From NCBI GenBank assembly GCA_024653775.1, contig JANLHZ010000037.1, positions 1 through 64,000 on the forward strand: a stretch of DNA of 64,000 nt, given 5' to 3'. The notes beneath the pieces are model-generated. The model saw only the letters and a program-made list of their open reading frames with translations, made no database searches and was not told the DNA's origin. A program made the translations under genes and the position numbers. The DNA is from Planctomycetota bacterium. Its GTDB lineage: Bacteria; Planctomycetota; UBA8742; JACQVU01; JANLHZ01. Below, piece by piece: positions 27,441 to 36,976 of this stretch. Positions within the stretch are counted from its first letter, which is position 1, and each line of letters opens with the position of its first letter.

Positions 27441-30400
27441 TTGGTGTTGACACGGTAAACCGTAACCCTTGTAACTGACATCACCTCGCCATCGAGCGTG
27501 AATGCGGTCGGACCGCCGTTCGTGCCTCCGATGATGACCCACTGGACGCTGAGTGTTTCCGCGTCAGTATTCGTTTTATTGTAGTAGAGCGTGCAGGCGA
27601 CCCCGCCGGATTCCTGCTGTCTGTAGTGTCCGGGCGAAAAGCTGTCGAGGGTGGTGCCTCCCACGGTTTCGCGAAGTCTGAACCCGATGTCATAGTCAGA
27701 ATTCTGGTTGCTTTCAGAAACGGTGATATCGACTATGTAAAGCCCAGGCTGAGACGCGGCAATGGCGTTGAGGCTGGCGTCGATGGTGATCCAGTTGGAC
27801 CCAACGTCCTCCGCGGCCGTGCTGCGGTAAGTTGCAAGTACCCTCGCTCCCATTGGCTGCCACTTTATTCCATCCGAGACGTTCAACCCAGTGTCGGTTC
27901 CCGCATTTGTGTTGAAGTTGAGCGAGCCGGCCGGGGCGCCGGCGGCCGGAAGTCCGGCGACGGCTCCAACGCGGATGATTCCACCATCGGTGGAGTTCAG
28001 CGCGTAGTTGAAGGTTCCATCGGTGGTTCCGAGTGCGGCGTCCGCGTTGGCGGTGTTCACAGTGACGGTTCCGGTGAATACGTTGGCGATCGCGCCAATT
28101 TGAGTGTAACCCCCGTCGGTGGTAATTCCGCTGATTCCGGTCATCGCGCCTGTCGCGTCGATATTCCAGTCGCTGGTGTCTATCGCCCCCGTGTCTCCAT
28201 CGTCGCCAAGGGTAAACGCGCCGGCGAACGCGGTCGTTCCTGTTAAGGTCTTGTTTCCTGCGATGCTCTGGTTTCCAGCGGTGATTACAAAGGTTCCCGT
28301 AACGTCCGGAAGCGTGAACGCCTGGTTCGCGGAGAGGAACGATGAATCGAGAGTCGCGGTGAACCCTGTGGAGTTCAGTATCCACGTTGTGGACGTTGTG
28401 CCTGTGTCGGTGTTCTGGGTATGCAGACCACTTGTGAGCGCCAGTGTCCCCGACGCGTCGGGGAGAGTGTATGCCCTCGATGCGGTCAGGACGGCGGTAT
28501 CGAAGGTTGCGGAGTTTCCTCCGGAGTTTATCGCCCACATTGGGGTGGAAGTCCCCGATATGGATCCCCCGGTGATGCTGACCGCGTTCGAATTCTGCGT
28601 GGCCAGGGAACCGAGCCCGAGGTTGGTCCTGGCGTCGCCGGCGTTCGCGGCTCCAGTGCCGCCGTTGGCCACCGCTACCTGTCCGGTGATGCTGATGTCT
28701 GGGTTTGTACCCCCGCTCGATGCGAGCGGCGCGGACGCGGTCACGCCAAGCACCGTGCCGCCTCCCGCGGGTGTGGACCAGCTAAGAGTGCCTAGGCCGT
28801 TGGTGGTCAAAACCTGCGTCGCGATTCCGTCCGCGCTCGGAAGCGTGTAGACAAGGTTGGCTGCGATCGAATTTGCCGCCTTGAACCCGATGTACTCGGA
28901 CCCGTTGGACGCGAGTTCAAGAAAGCGCAACTCCCCGGTATTGCCGGCCGCGGCTCCATAAGGTCCGACTGAAATCGCGTTTTGCGTGGCGAGTCCCGTG
29001 ATCCCCGTAATCGTGTCGTTGACGCCGGAAAGCACAAGAGTTCCCGTGGCATCGGGAAGCGAAAAGACCCTTGCTCCGGTCAGCGTGGCGGCGGAGAGAG
29101 TTCCCGTGTTTCCAGCACTGCTAATTATCCAGGAGGCGGAAGTCGTGCCGATATCCGTGTTCTGGGCATGAAGATCGGTTGTAAGCGCGAAAGTTCCCGA
29201 TGAATCGGGGAGATTGTAAACGCGTCCCGCGGTCAGCACTGCGGAATCGAGGGTCCCCGTGAACCCGCCGGAATTGATTGCCCACGTTGCGGCAGTAGTT
29301 CCGGTGTCGGTGTTTTGAGTGTGCAGATTGGTCAAAAGCGCCAGCGTTCCGGATGCGTCGGGAAGATTGTACGAACGGCTCCCGGTAAGAATAGCGGAAT
29401 CGAAGGTCCCGGAATTTCCGCCGGAGTTGATGACGAAGGTCGCCGTGGAAGTCCCGGAAATCGCTCCTCCGGTAATGCTGACAGCACCGGAATTCTGTGT
29501 TGCCATCGATCCGAGTCCAAAATTGGTTCTGGCGTCGCCGGCGTTCGCGGCTCCTGTGCCGCCGTTCGCGATGGGCACGATTCCGGTGAGGGTAATGTCT
29601 GGCGTGATTCCGCCGCTGGACGAGATGACGCCGGAGCCGGTGACTCCGGTCACTGTCCCGGCGCCGCCCGCGGTCCAGGTCAGATTGCCCGATCCGTCGG
29701 TGGAAAGTATCTCGCCAGGCGCTCCGTCGCCATCCGGAAGGGTGTACATGACGTTCGTCGCCATCGAGTCCGCGGCTTTGAAGCCTGCGTAATTTACTCC
29801 CCCCGCGGCGAGTTCCAGAAAGCGGATTTCCCCGGTGTTCCCCGCAGCCACCCCATAAGGTCCGATGGACAAAGCGCTCTGCGTGGAAAGCCCGGTGATT
29901 CCGGTGATGTTCGTGTTGACGCCGCTTACGACGACTACGCCGCTCAAGTCGGGAAGCGTGTACGACCGGGTACCCGTGAGCGACGCGGTTGAAAATGTCG
30001 CGGAGTTTCCGCCGCTGCCTACAATCCACGACGGGCTGGTTGTGCCAGTATCGGTGTTCTGAACGTGAATGTTGGTCGTAAGCGCGAGCGTTCCCGAAGC
30101 GTCGGGCAGATTGTAAGTGCGGTTTCCCGTCAGCGCGGCGGAATCGAATGTCCCGGAGTTTCCGCCGGAATTGACGGTCCAGTTCGTCTGGGAAGTCCCA
30201 ATGTCGGTGTTTTGCGTGTGGATACTGGTCGTCAGGGCAAGGGTTCCCGACGCATCCGGAAGAGTGTAAACGCGCCCCGCGGTCAGCGCCGCGGAATCGA
30301 GGGCTCCGGTGAACCCGCTGGAATTTATGACCCATGTCGAGGACGTTGTTCCGACGTCCGTATTCTGCGTGTGGATGTTGGATGTGAGCGCCACCGTTCC

Positions 30401-33400
30401 GGATGCGTCTGGAAACGTAATCGTCCGTGGCGCGGTAGGGGAAACGAATTGAAGGGTCGTGTCGCTGGCACCGTCTTCGAAAACGAGACTAGTGCCGAGA
30501 TACATTGTTCGGAACGCGCTTCCATTCAAGCCGAGATCGTATGCGTTGTCCGCGCCGACCGCGATGGCGCCATTCATGGTTCCCCCGGAAAGAGAGAGCA
30601 ATCCCGCGATGTCGCTCGTCAGAGAGACTGTCCCGGAGTTATCCGGAAACAAGATAGCTCTCGCCGAAGTGGATGACGCGGTGATCGTCGTGTCGCTGGC
30701 GCCGTTTTCAAAAACGAGGCTGGTTCCAACGTAGGCGGAGCGAAACGCGGAACCATTCGCGCCAAGATCGACGGAGTTGTTCGCGCTGACCCCGATCGAG
30801 CCGCTCATTACGCCGCCGGATAGTGGAAGGTAGGTTGTAAGGTCATTCGTAAGCGCGAACGTTCCCGAAGCGTCTGGCAGTGTGAAACTCCTGTCGTCCG
30901 TGAGAGTCGCTGTGGTGAACGTACCGGAGTTGCCCGCACTGCCAATTATCCAGGACGCCGAAGTCGTTCCAGTGTCCGTGTTCTGCGTGTGAAGATTGGA
31001 TGTAAGCGCCATGGTTCCGGATGCGTCTGGAAGATTGTAAACGCGCCCCGCGGTGAGAACCGTGGAATCGAGAGTCCCGCCGAAGCCGCCTGAACCAATT
31101 ACCCACGTGGCGGAAGTCGTGCCGGTATCGGTGTTCTGAGTGTGCAGGTTAGACGTGAGCGCCAGGGTTCCGGATGCGTCGGGAAGATTGTACGAACGAC
31201 TGCCCGTGAGTGTCACCGAGTCGAAAGTTCCAGAATTCCCGCCGGAATTTATTACCCAGGTGGAGGTGGAAGTCCCCGATATTGAACCTCCGGTGATGCT
31301 GACCGCGTTCGAATTCTGAGTCGCCATCGATCCGAGGCCGAGGTTCGTTCGCGCTCCAGCGGCGTTCGCTGAACCGGTTCCCCCGTTCGCGAGGGCAACG
31401 ACTCCGGTGAGCGTAATATCTGGGTTCAGCCCTCCGCTCGACGAAATCACGCCAGACCCGGTGACGGAAAGAATTGTTCCCGCGCCGACGGTAGTCCAGG
31501 CAAGGTTTCCAGCGCCGTCCGTCGACAGAATCTCGCCGGGGTCGCCGTCGCCGCTCGGAAGTACGTACAGGACGTCCGTCAGCATCGAATCGGGCGCCTT
31601 GAATGCGGTGAAATTGGTCCCCGCTGCGGAAAGCTCCAGAAATCGGATTTCCCCGGTATTTCCAGGCGCGCCTCCGTACGGCCCCACGGAGATGGCGTTC
31701 TGGGTTTGTAGCCCCGTTAATCCCGTGAGGTTGCTGTTCATTCCGGAAACGACTACTATTCCGCTCTGGTCGGGGAGAGTATACGCGCGCGCGCCTGTCA
31801 ATGAGGCGGTGTCGAACGTCCCGGAGTCGCCAACGCTGTTAATCACCCACGATGCGGCGGTTGTCCCCGTATCGGTATTTTGAGTATGGAGGTTCGAGGT
31901 AAGAGCTATAGTCCCGGAGCTGTCCGGAAGGTTGTATGTCCGGTTTCCTGTAAGCGCGGCGGAATCAAGGGTCCCGGAAAATCCGCTGGACCCAACGATC
32001 CAGGTCGGCTGGGTCGTCCCTGTATCCGTGTTCTGGGTGTGGATATTCGTCGTAAGCGCAATGGTCCCCGATGCGTCTGGCAGGTTGTACGTCCTGTTTC
32101 CCGTAAGCGCGGCGGAATCAAGGGTCCCGGAAAATCCGCTGGACCCAACGATCCAGGTCGGCTGGGTCGTCCCTGTATCCGTATTCTGGGTGTGGATATC
32201 CGTCGTAAGCGCAATGGTCCCCGATGCGTCGGGAAGATTGTACAGACGATCCGCGCCGAGAGACGCCGCGTCGAATGTTCCCGAATTTCCGTTCGAATTG
32301 ATGACGAAGTTCGAGGTGGACGTTCCGTAGACAGCGCCGCCTGTGATGCTGACGGAACTGGCGTTCTGCGTCGCGATGGAGCCTATGCCGAGGTTCGCGC
32401 GGGCGCTTCCGGACGTGCTCGCCCCGGTGCCGCCGCTCGACATTGGGACGATCCCGGAAAGGGTTATCTCCGGCGCGGCTCCGCCAGTGGAAGACAGGAC
32501 ACCGCTCGCTGTGACGCTGGTGACGGTCCCGGCGCCGGGATTTGTCCAGATCAGTCGTCCCGCGCCATCCGTCGAAAGAACCTGATTCGCGGTTCCGTCG
32601 GAGCCTGGGAGAGTGAAAACAAGGCTTGACGACACGCCGTCCGGGCTCTTCAGTCCGATGTAGTCGTTTCCGTTCGAGGCGATTTCCAGGAACCGCAATT
32701 CCCCGGTCTCGCCGTTTCCAACGCCGTAAGGACCGATAACCACCGCGTCTCGCGTCGAAAGCGCGGTAAGACCGGTAATGTCCGCATTGACGCCGATCGA
32801 TGCCGCGCCGAGGTTTATCCTCGCGTTCGATGCGGTCGACGCGCCCGTGCCTCCCGTGGCGATGGACAGCGGCGCGCCGGACCAGAGGGACTCGTCGATA
32901 GCGTTCATAGTTGCAAGCCCGCCGAGGCCAAGGTTTATCCTCGCGTTCGATGCGGTCGACGCGCCCGTGCCGCCCGTGGCGATGGACAGCGGCGCGCCGG
33001 ACCAGAGGGACTCGTCGATGGCGTTCATAGTTGCAAGCCCGCCGAGGCCGAGGTTTGTCCTTGCATCCTGCGCCGACGACGCGCCCGTGCCTCCATAGTC
33101 AACATCCACCACGCCGCTCAGGGTAATGTTCGGAGTCTGTCCGCCGCTGGAACTTAGAGGTCCGGACGCCGTCACGTCCAGAACCGCATCGTCCGAAATT
33201 CCGATGGGCGTTCCGTACACCACTTCAGACACTTCGGATTCTCCTGCGACGTTTATCGCTGTGACGATAAAAACGTAGGTTACACCGTTTACAAGTCCGG
33301 TGACGACTTCCGGACTTACCGCGTTCACTACAGCGGTTCCGTTCTCAGGCGTAACCGACGAACTCGCGCGGTAATAAAGGTTGTATGACGTGGCGTTGAA

Positions 33401-34174
33401 AACTTCCTCCCACACAAGCGTTATCGCTCCGCTGTCGCTTGCTACGATGGACAGCATCGGCGCGGCTGGCGGATCTACCGAAACCGTCGGCCTCAGACTG
33501 ACAAGCGGGGAAGGCAGCGACTCTCCGGAACCATTGAACGCAGTCAGAATGAAGTAATAGTCCACGTCGTTGGTCAGACCTGTCACCACTAGCGGATTGA
33601 CCGCGTCCGGGATGGTAGCCCCGTTCCCCGGAGCGACGTCCGGCTCCATGCTGTAATAGATATTGTATCCGACGGCATTCGAGACGAACTCCCACGCGAG
33701 AAGAACGCTTTCAGTTCCAGCGGACGACGATGAGAACGTCGGAAGCGATGGCGGCAGGACCGACGCCATCGGAGTTGCGATAGCCGTGTTCGATGGAAGA
33801 CTGTCGCCGCCGGCGGATTCAGCGACAACCCTGAACGAATACGAAGCACCATTTGTCAGACCTTGAACGACGAAAACGTTTCTGGTCGTCTTCTGGATTT
33901 TCAGGACTCCGCCTTCAACGGCGTCTCCGTATATCACCCGGTATTGGCTGGCGCCCGCAACTTCGTCCCAGTGGATGGTAACCGTTCCATCTACCGCGGC
34001 GCCCACCTCGACAACCGGCGCGTTAGGCGCGCTGGGCCTGGAAAAGCTTTCCTTGACCGAGCCTCGATTGCATCCGGGAAGCGCCACCACAAAAACAAGC
34101 AGAATCAGGACAAGACGCGCTAGCCCGTTAGCGACGGTCGAAAAGCCTGGATACGTTAATACGCAAAGACGCAT
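27437..34174 (-). CDS. giant (2245 aa) repetitive cell-surface protein: lipoprotein-type signal, three Fn3 domains, then many roughly 70-aa beta-rich repeats
   Basis: N-terminus MRLCVLTYPGFSTVANGLARLVLILLVFVVALPGC. Fn3-like segments (TVTIHWDEV..YRVIYG). Repeats such as TQNTDTGTT..W.I.S.G.SGT.D...LTG.R.YNLPDASGT.ALT and GGTGAS...AR.NLGLG. Confidence 0.75.
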   Translation of the reverse strand: MRLCVLTYPGFSTVANGLARLVLILLVFVVALPGCNRGSVKESFSRPSAPNAPVVEVGAAVDGTVTIHWDEVAGASQYRVIYGDAVEGGVLKIQKTTRNVFVVQGLTNGASYSFRVVAESAGGDSLPSNTAIATPMASVLPPSLPTFSSSSAGTESVLLAWEFVSNAVGYNIYYSMEPDVAPGNGATIPDAVNPLVVTGLTNDVDYYFILTAFNGSGESLPSPLVSLRPTVSVDPPAAPMLSIVASDSGAITLVWEEVFNATSYNLYYRASSSVTPENGTAVVNAVSPEVVTGLVNGVTYVFIVTAINVAGESEVSEVVYGTPIGISDDAVLDVTASGPLSSSGGQTPNITLSGVVDVDYGGTGASSAQDARTNLGLGGLATMNAIDESLWSGAPLSIATGGTGASTASNARINLGLGGLATMNAIDESLWSGAPLSIATGGTGASTASNARINLGAASIGVNADITGLTALSTRDAVVIGPYGVGNGETGELRFLEIASNGNDYIGLKSPDGVSSSLVFTLPGSDGTANQVLSTDGAGRLIWTNPGAGTVTSVTASGVLSSTGGAAPEITLSGIVPMSSGGTGASTSGSARANLGIGSIATQNASSVSITGGAVYGTSTSNFVINSNGNSGTFDAASLGADRLYNLPDASGTIALTTDIHTQNTDTGTTQPTWIVGSSGFSGTLDSAALTGNRTYNLPDASGTIALTTNIHTQNTDTGTTQPTWIVGSSGFSGTLDSAALTGNRTYNLPDSSGTIALTSNLHTQNTDTGTTAASWVINSVGDSGTFDTASLTGARAYTLPDQSGIVVVSGMNSNLTGLTGLQTQNAISVGPYGGAPGNTGEIRFLELSAAGTNFTAFKAPDSMLTDVLYVLPSGDGDPGEILSTDGAGNLAWTTVGAGTILSVTGSGVISSSGGLNPDITLTGVVALANGGTGSANAAGARTNLGLGSMATQNSNAVSITGGSISGTSTSTWVINSGGNSGTFDSVTLTGSRSYNLPDASGTLALTSNLHTQNTDTGTTSATWVIGSGGFGGTLDSTVLTAGRVYNLPDASGTMALTSNLHTQNTDTGTTSASWIIGSAGNSGTFTTATLTDDRSFTLPDASGTFALTNDLTTYLPLSGGVMSGSIGVSANNSVDLGANGSAFRSAYVGTSLVFENGASDTTITASSTSARAILFPDNSGTVSLTSDIAGLLSLSGGTMNGAIAVGADNAYDLGLNGSAFRTMYLGTSLVFEDGASDTTLQFVSPTAPRTITFPDASGTVALTSNIHTQNTDVGTTSSTWVINSSGFTGALDSAALTAGRVYTLPDASGTLALTTSIHTQNTDIGTSQTNWTVNSGGNSGTFDSAALTGNRTYNLPDASGTLALTTNIHVQNTDTGTTSPSWIVGSGGNSATFSTASLTGTRSYTLPDLSGVVVVSGVNTNITGITGLSTQSALSIGPYGVAAGNTGEIRFLELAAGGVNYAGFKAADSMATNVMYTLPDGDGAPGEILSTDGSGNLTWTAGGAGTVTGVTGSGVISSSGGITPDITLTGIVPIANGGTGAANAGDARTNFGLGSMATQNSGAVSITGGAISGTSTATFVINSGGNSGTFDSAILTGSRSYNLPDASGTLALLTNLHTQNTDTGTTAATWAINSGGFTGTLDSAVLTAGRVYNLPDSSGTFALTTDLHAQNTDIGTTSASWIISSAGNTGTLSAATLTGARVFSLPDATGTLVLSGVNDTITGITGLATQNAISVGPYGAAAGNTGELRFLELASNGSEYIGFKAANSIAANLVYTLPSADGIATQVLTTNGLGTLSWSTPAGGGTVLGVTASAPLASSGGTNPDISITGQVAVANGGTGAANAGDARTNLGLGSLATQNSNAVSITGGSISGTSTPMWAINSGGNSATFDTAVLTASRAYTLPDASGTLALTSGLHTQNTDTGTTSTTWILNSTGFTATLDSSFLSANQAFTLPDVTGTFVITAGNQSIAGNKTLTGTTAFAGAFTLGDDGDTGAIDTSDWNIDATGAMTGISGITTDGGYTQIGAIANVFTGTVTVNTANADAALGTTDGTFNYALNSTDGGIIRVGAVAGLPAAGAPAGSLNFNTNAGTDTGLNVSDGIKWQPMGARVLATYRSTAAEDVGSNWITIDASLNAIAASQPGLYIVDITVSESNQNSDYDIGFRLRETVGGTTLDSFSPGHYRQQESGGVACTLYYNKTNTDAETLSVQWVIIGGTNGGPTAFTLDGEVMSVTRVTVYRVNTN
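31930..32235. repeat. near-identical 153-bp tandem duplication inside the giant gene
   Basis: Two units, over 95% identical, in frame. Confidence 0.8.
32811..33100. repeat. 120-bp tandem repeat x2.4 inside the giant gene
   Basis: aggtttatcctcgcgttcgatgcggtcgacgcgcccgtgcc... repeated at 32811, 32931 and 33051. Confidence 0.8.
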
Positions 34175-34442
34175 GCATATACCTCACTTACCTGTAACGC
34201 ACATTGATAAAGATGCCAAGAAATGCGTACTCCACAATTAGTAAACTAGTGGGGAGAAGTTGATCTATGCTTTGTTTATAGATTTTTGTTTATAGATTAT
34301 TGTCAACCAACCATTGCATTGTTGTAAATTGTATCACAATCGTGTCGAGGGGTGTGAAATCGGATAAAAATTCTTGGCGCGCGGGCATCTGTGTTAAATC
34401 CTATGCGCATCGATTTTCCGCGCCTCTTATGGTTCCCAAATT

Positions 34443-34472
34443 AAAAAGCGCCGCATAGAGGAAACGCGGCGC
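34443..34472 (-). terminator. rho-independent terminator after the cytochrome operon
   Basis: On the minus strand gcgccgc-N11-gcggcgc followed by TTTTT. Lies 40 nt past the stop of the 8-heme gene. Confidence 0.6.
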
Positions 34473-34509
34473 CGGGATAGAAGCAAAACTCTCAGCGAAG
34501 GAGAGTATT

Positions 34510-35559
34510 CTATTCGCCTGCGGGAAGCGCGAGCGCGCGCTCCATGTGCTCTGGTCCGGAGAGGTGCGGGTTATGGCACCTCGAGCAGTTGCGCTCGATC
34601 GGCGTGCGGTCGATCTTGCGCTTCCACGCGCCCGGATCGCGGGCGTTCCCGAGGATGACGCGGTTCATCAGCGTGACGTGTTCCGAAGCCGCGCCGTGGC
34701 ACTCGCTGCACCAGATTCCGCGCTGATGGGGAGTCTGCTCGGCGTTCTGGAAGCCGCCCCGGTCTGGCGAGTCGAATCCGGTGGTGTGGCACCGCAGACA
34801 CTTTGGATCGTGGGTGTAGTCGGCCTTCCCTCCAGTAGCGGCGGACGCGGTAACGAGTCTATCGAACGACGTAGCGTGTCTCGAAGCGCCCCAGTCGTTC
34901 ACGCGGTCCTCGTGGCACTTCTTGCATTCGTCCATGGGGACGAACCTCGCCTCCGAAGAAGCCCGCTGCGCGTCCCGCGGAATCGAAGCGTCCGTCCCCG
35001 CGGCCCAGCCGCGGTAGTGGAACTGATCCTGCGGATCGATCCAGGCGAGAGTCTCTTCCGGGGTCTTCAGATGCGGATTATGACAATCGAAGCACGCGCG
35101 GGTCGGATGCTTTTCTATCTGGCGGTTGTGTTCTCCCGGATCGATCGCTCCCTGAACGCGCCTTTGCACCGGAAGCATCAGATCGATGTGAGCGGAACCC
35201 CGGCCGTGGCATTCGCAGCAGCCGACGTCGACGAGGCTTGGAGTCTCTTCGAGACTGCGGAAACCTCCTGTCTGTTTGTATCCTGTCGAGTGACATGCGA
35301 GGCACGCGGGATCGAGTTCCTTGCCCTGGTTCTCGAAATGGCTCGTGAGAGTCTCGTACGCCTGGGCGTGGTCCGACGCGCGCCATGTGCGGTACTCGTC
35401 CACATGGCAGCGTGTACAGAAGTTGCTCGGGACGAACCTCGCGCTTCGAGGAATGTCGCCGTCGCCGGTGGCGCGCCTCGCTTCGAGAGTGATAAACACG
35501 AGGCACATCGTAAGCAGAGCGACAGGAAAGCCCAGGGACACGGTTCTGATCACTTTCAT
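34510..35559 (-). CDS. octaheme c-type cytochrome (8 CxxCH), secreted
   Basis: Signal peptide MKVIRTVSLGFPVALLTMCLVFITLEA. Heme motifs CTRCH, CLACH, CCECH, CFDCH, CKKCH, CLRCH, CSECH and CSRCH. GGGAGAG ribosome-binding site. Confidence 0.85.
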   Translation of the reverse strand: MKVIRTVSLGFPVALLTMCLVFITLEARRATGDGDIPRSARFVPSNFCTRCHVDEYRTWRASDHAQAYETLTSHFENQGKELDPACLACHSTGYKQTGGFRSLEETPSLVDVGCCECHGRGSAHIDLMLPVQRRVQGAIDPGEHNRQIEKHPTRACFDCHNPHLKTPEETLAWIDPQDQFHYRGWAAGTDASIPRDAQRASSEARFVPMDECKKCHEDRVNDWGASRHATSFDRLVTASAATGGKADYTHDPKCLRCHTTGFDSPDRGGFQNAEQTPHQRGIWCSECHGAASEHVTLMNRVILGNARDPGAWKRKIDRTPIERNCSRCHNPHLSGPEHMERALALPAGE

Positions 35560-35597
35560 TTTACTCTCCCAGCATTGCGATTGGCGTTAGCTCCCTG

Positions 35598-36860
35598 TCA
35601 ATCCTCCTGATGGCACATCGACAGGCAATCCACGTCAGCTTCTTTTTCCTCGTGACACTCTATACATTCCTTCCGATCCCTCTGCTCGAAGGTAGTGGGC
35701 GGATCGGTTGATGCGACCATCCCCTCGTGGCAGTCGAGGCATTTTATACCGGACTTCACGATGTGGATTCGGTGGCTTGGATACGCGTGCATATAGACCG
35801 AACCGGGTCTGATCCACGGAATCCGGCGTCCGTCGATCAGATACGGTTTCAGGGCGTCCTCGCGATCGCTTTCCTCGTTCAGCCTCGTCTCGGGATCGTG
35901 GCATACATCGCAGAGCTTTACGCCCGGAACTCCCGCTTCCTTGTATACGAGCGTATCCGAGTGGCAGCTTACGCAGGGGCGCAGCTCCGGATTCTGGACG
36001 ATGTAAGGCGCGTCCGCGAGTTCGTGACAGTTTGCGCAGCCCTCGATCTTCGGATTGATCTTGAGCGCGACGTCCCAGGAGCCGTGGCAATCCTGGCAGC
36101 CCTTCTCCTCGAGTCCCTGCCTTACGAACGCCGGCCTCTGCTGCGCGTTCGGCATCGTCTGTCTTCCCTCGTGGCAGGAGCCGCACATGGCCCTCCGCGA
36201 TATGACGGACTCGGGAAGCGAAGCCTCGTTATGATGACAGTCGTCGCAATTGGCATTGAGAGCCGACGAGATAGCCTCCCGCGGGGTTTTCGCGAGAGCG
36301 GGTTTCGACGGATCCTCCGAATACGTGTTCATGGGACCGTGGCATTTGCCGCAGTAGTCGAGCCTCGGAGTTCCCATCAGCTCGGTGCTGAACTCGACGT
36401 GGCACTCGAGACATGTTTTCGAAGTGACGTTGCTCTCGCTCTCTCCGAAGCCCTTGTGCATCTGGATATAGCGCTCCTGGTGGGCGCTTTCGAACCCGGT
36501 CGCGTGGACGTGCAGTCCGACCGCGGTTTCCTTGTGACGGTTCTCTTCGAACACTTTCAGGTGTCTTTCGATCCCGGCTTCGCGGTGTTCGCCGCCGCCG
36601 AAGTGCTCGAGGTAGTCCTTTCCGCCGAAGTAGGTGTAGTGGGACTGGTGGTTGAACTGAATCGGCTGCAACGGAAGCTGCTCGATCTTGTGACCGTTCG
36701 GTCCGACACGGACGCCGTCTCCGCCTTCTTCCCCGTTGCCCGAGGTTTCGGTGCAGTTCTGGAGGCAAAGCGCTGTAAGAATCAGGACGCTCGCGAAAAC
36801 GATCGCTTCCCGTTTGAATGATTTTAGCTTTTCCATAGACGAAGTCCCTTTGATTTCCAC
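35598..36860 (-). CDS. multiheme c-type cytochrome (about 10-11 heme motifs), secreted
   Basis: Signal peptide, 10 CxxCH (CLECH, CGKCH, CDDCH, CGSCH, CQDCH, CANCH, CVSCH, CDVCH, CLDCH, CIECH) plus one CxxxCH. Confidence 0.85.
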   Translation of the reverse strand: MEIKGTSSMEKLKSFKREAIVFASVLILTALCLQNCTETSGNGEEGGDGVRVGPNGHKIEQLPLQPIQFNHQSHYTYFGGKDYLEHFGGGEHREAGIERHLKVFEENRHKETAVGLHVHATGFESAHQERYIQMHKGFGESESNVTSKTCLECHVEFSTELMGTPRLDYCGKCHGPMNTYSEDPSKPALAKTPREAISSALNANCDDCHHNEASLPESVISRRAMCGSCHEGRQTMPNAQQRPAFVRQGLEEKGCQDCHGSWDVALKINPKIEGCANCHELADAPYIVQNPELRPCVSCHSDTLVYKEAGVPGVKLCDVCHDPETRLNEESDREDALKPYLIDGRRIPWIRPGSVYMHAYPSHRIHIVKSGIKCLDCHEGMVASTDPPTTFEQRDRKECIECHEEKEADVDCLSMCHQED

Positions 36861-36935
36861 TCGGCGATATATGTCTTCCTGGAACCCCTCACTTTTTGTT
36901 TCGCGGGTCGCGAAGAGAATTCCCCGGACCCGTGC

Positions 36936-36961
36936 TCCTCTCCCCGTTTGGGGAGAGGAGG
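36936..36961. other. intercistronic hairpin (ctcctctcccc-gttt-ggggagaggag)
   Basis: 11-bp perfect stem between the giant multiheme gene and the next cytochrome gene, with no T-run. Confidence 0.4.
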
Positions 36962-36976
36962 GAGCTGAATCTATTA

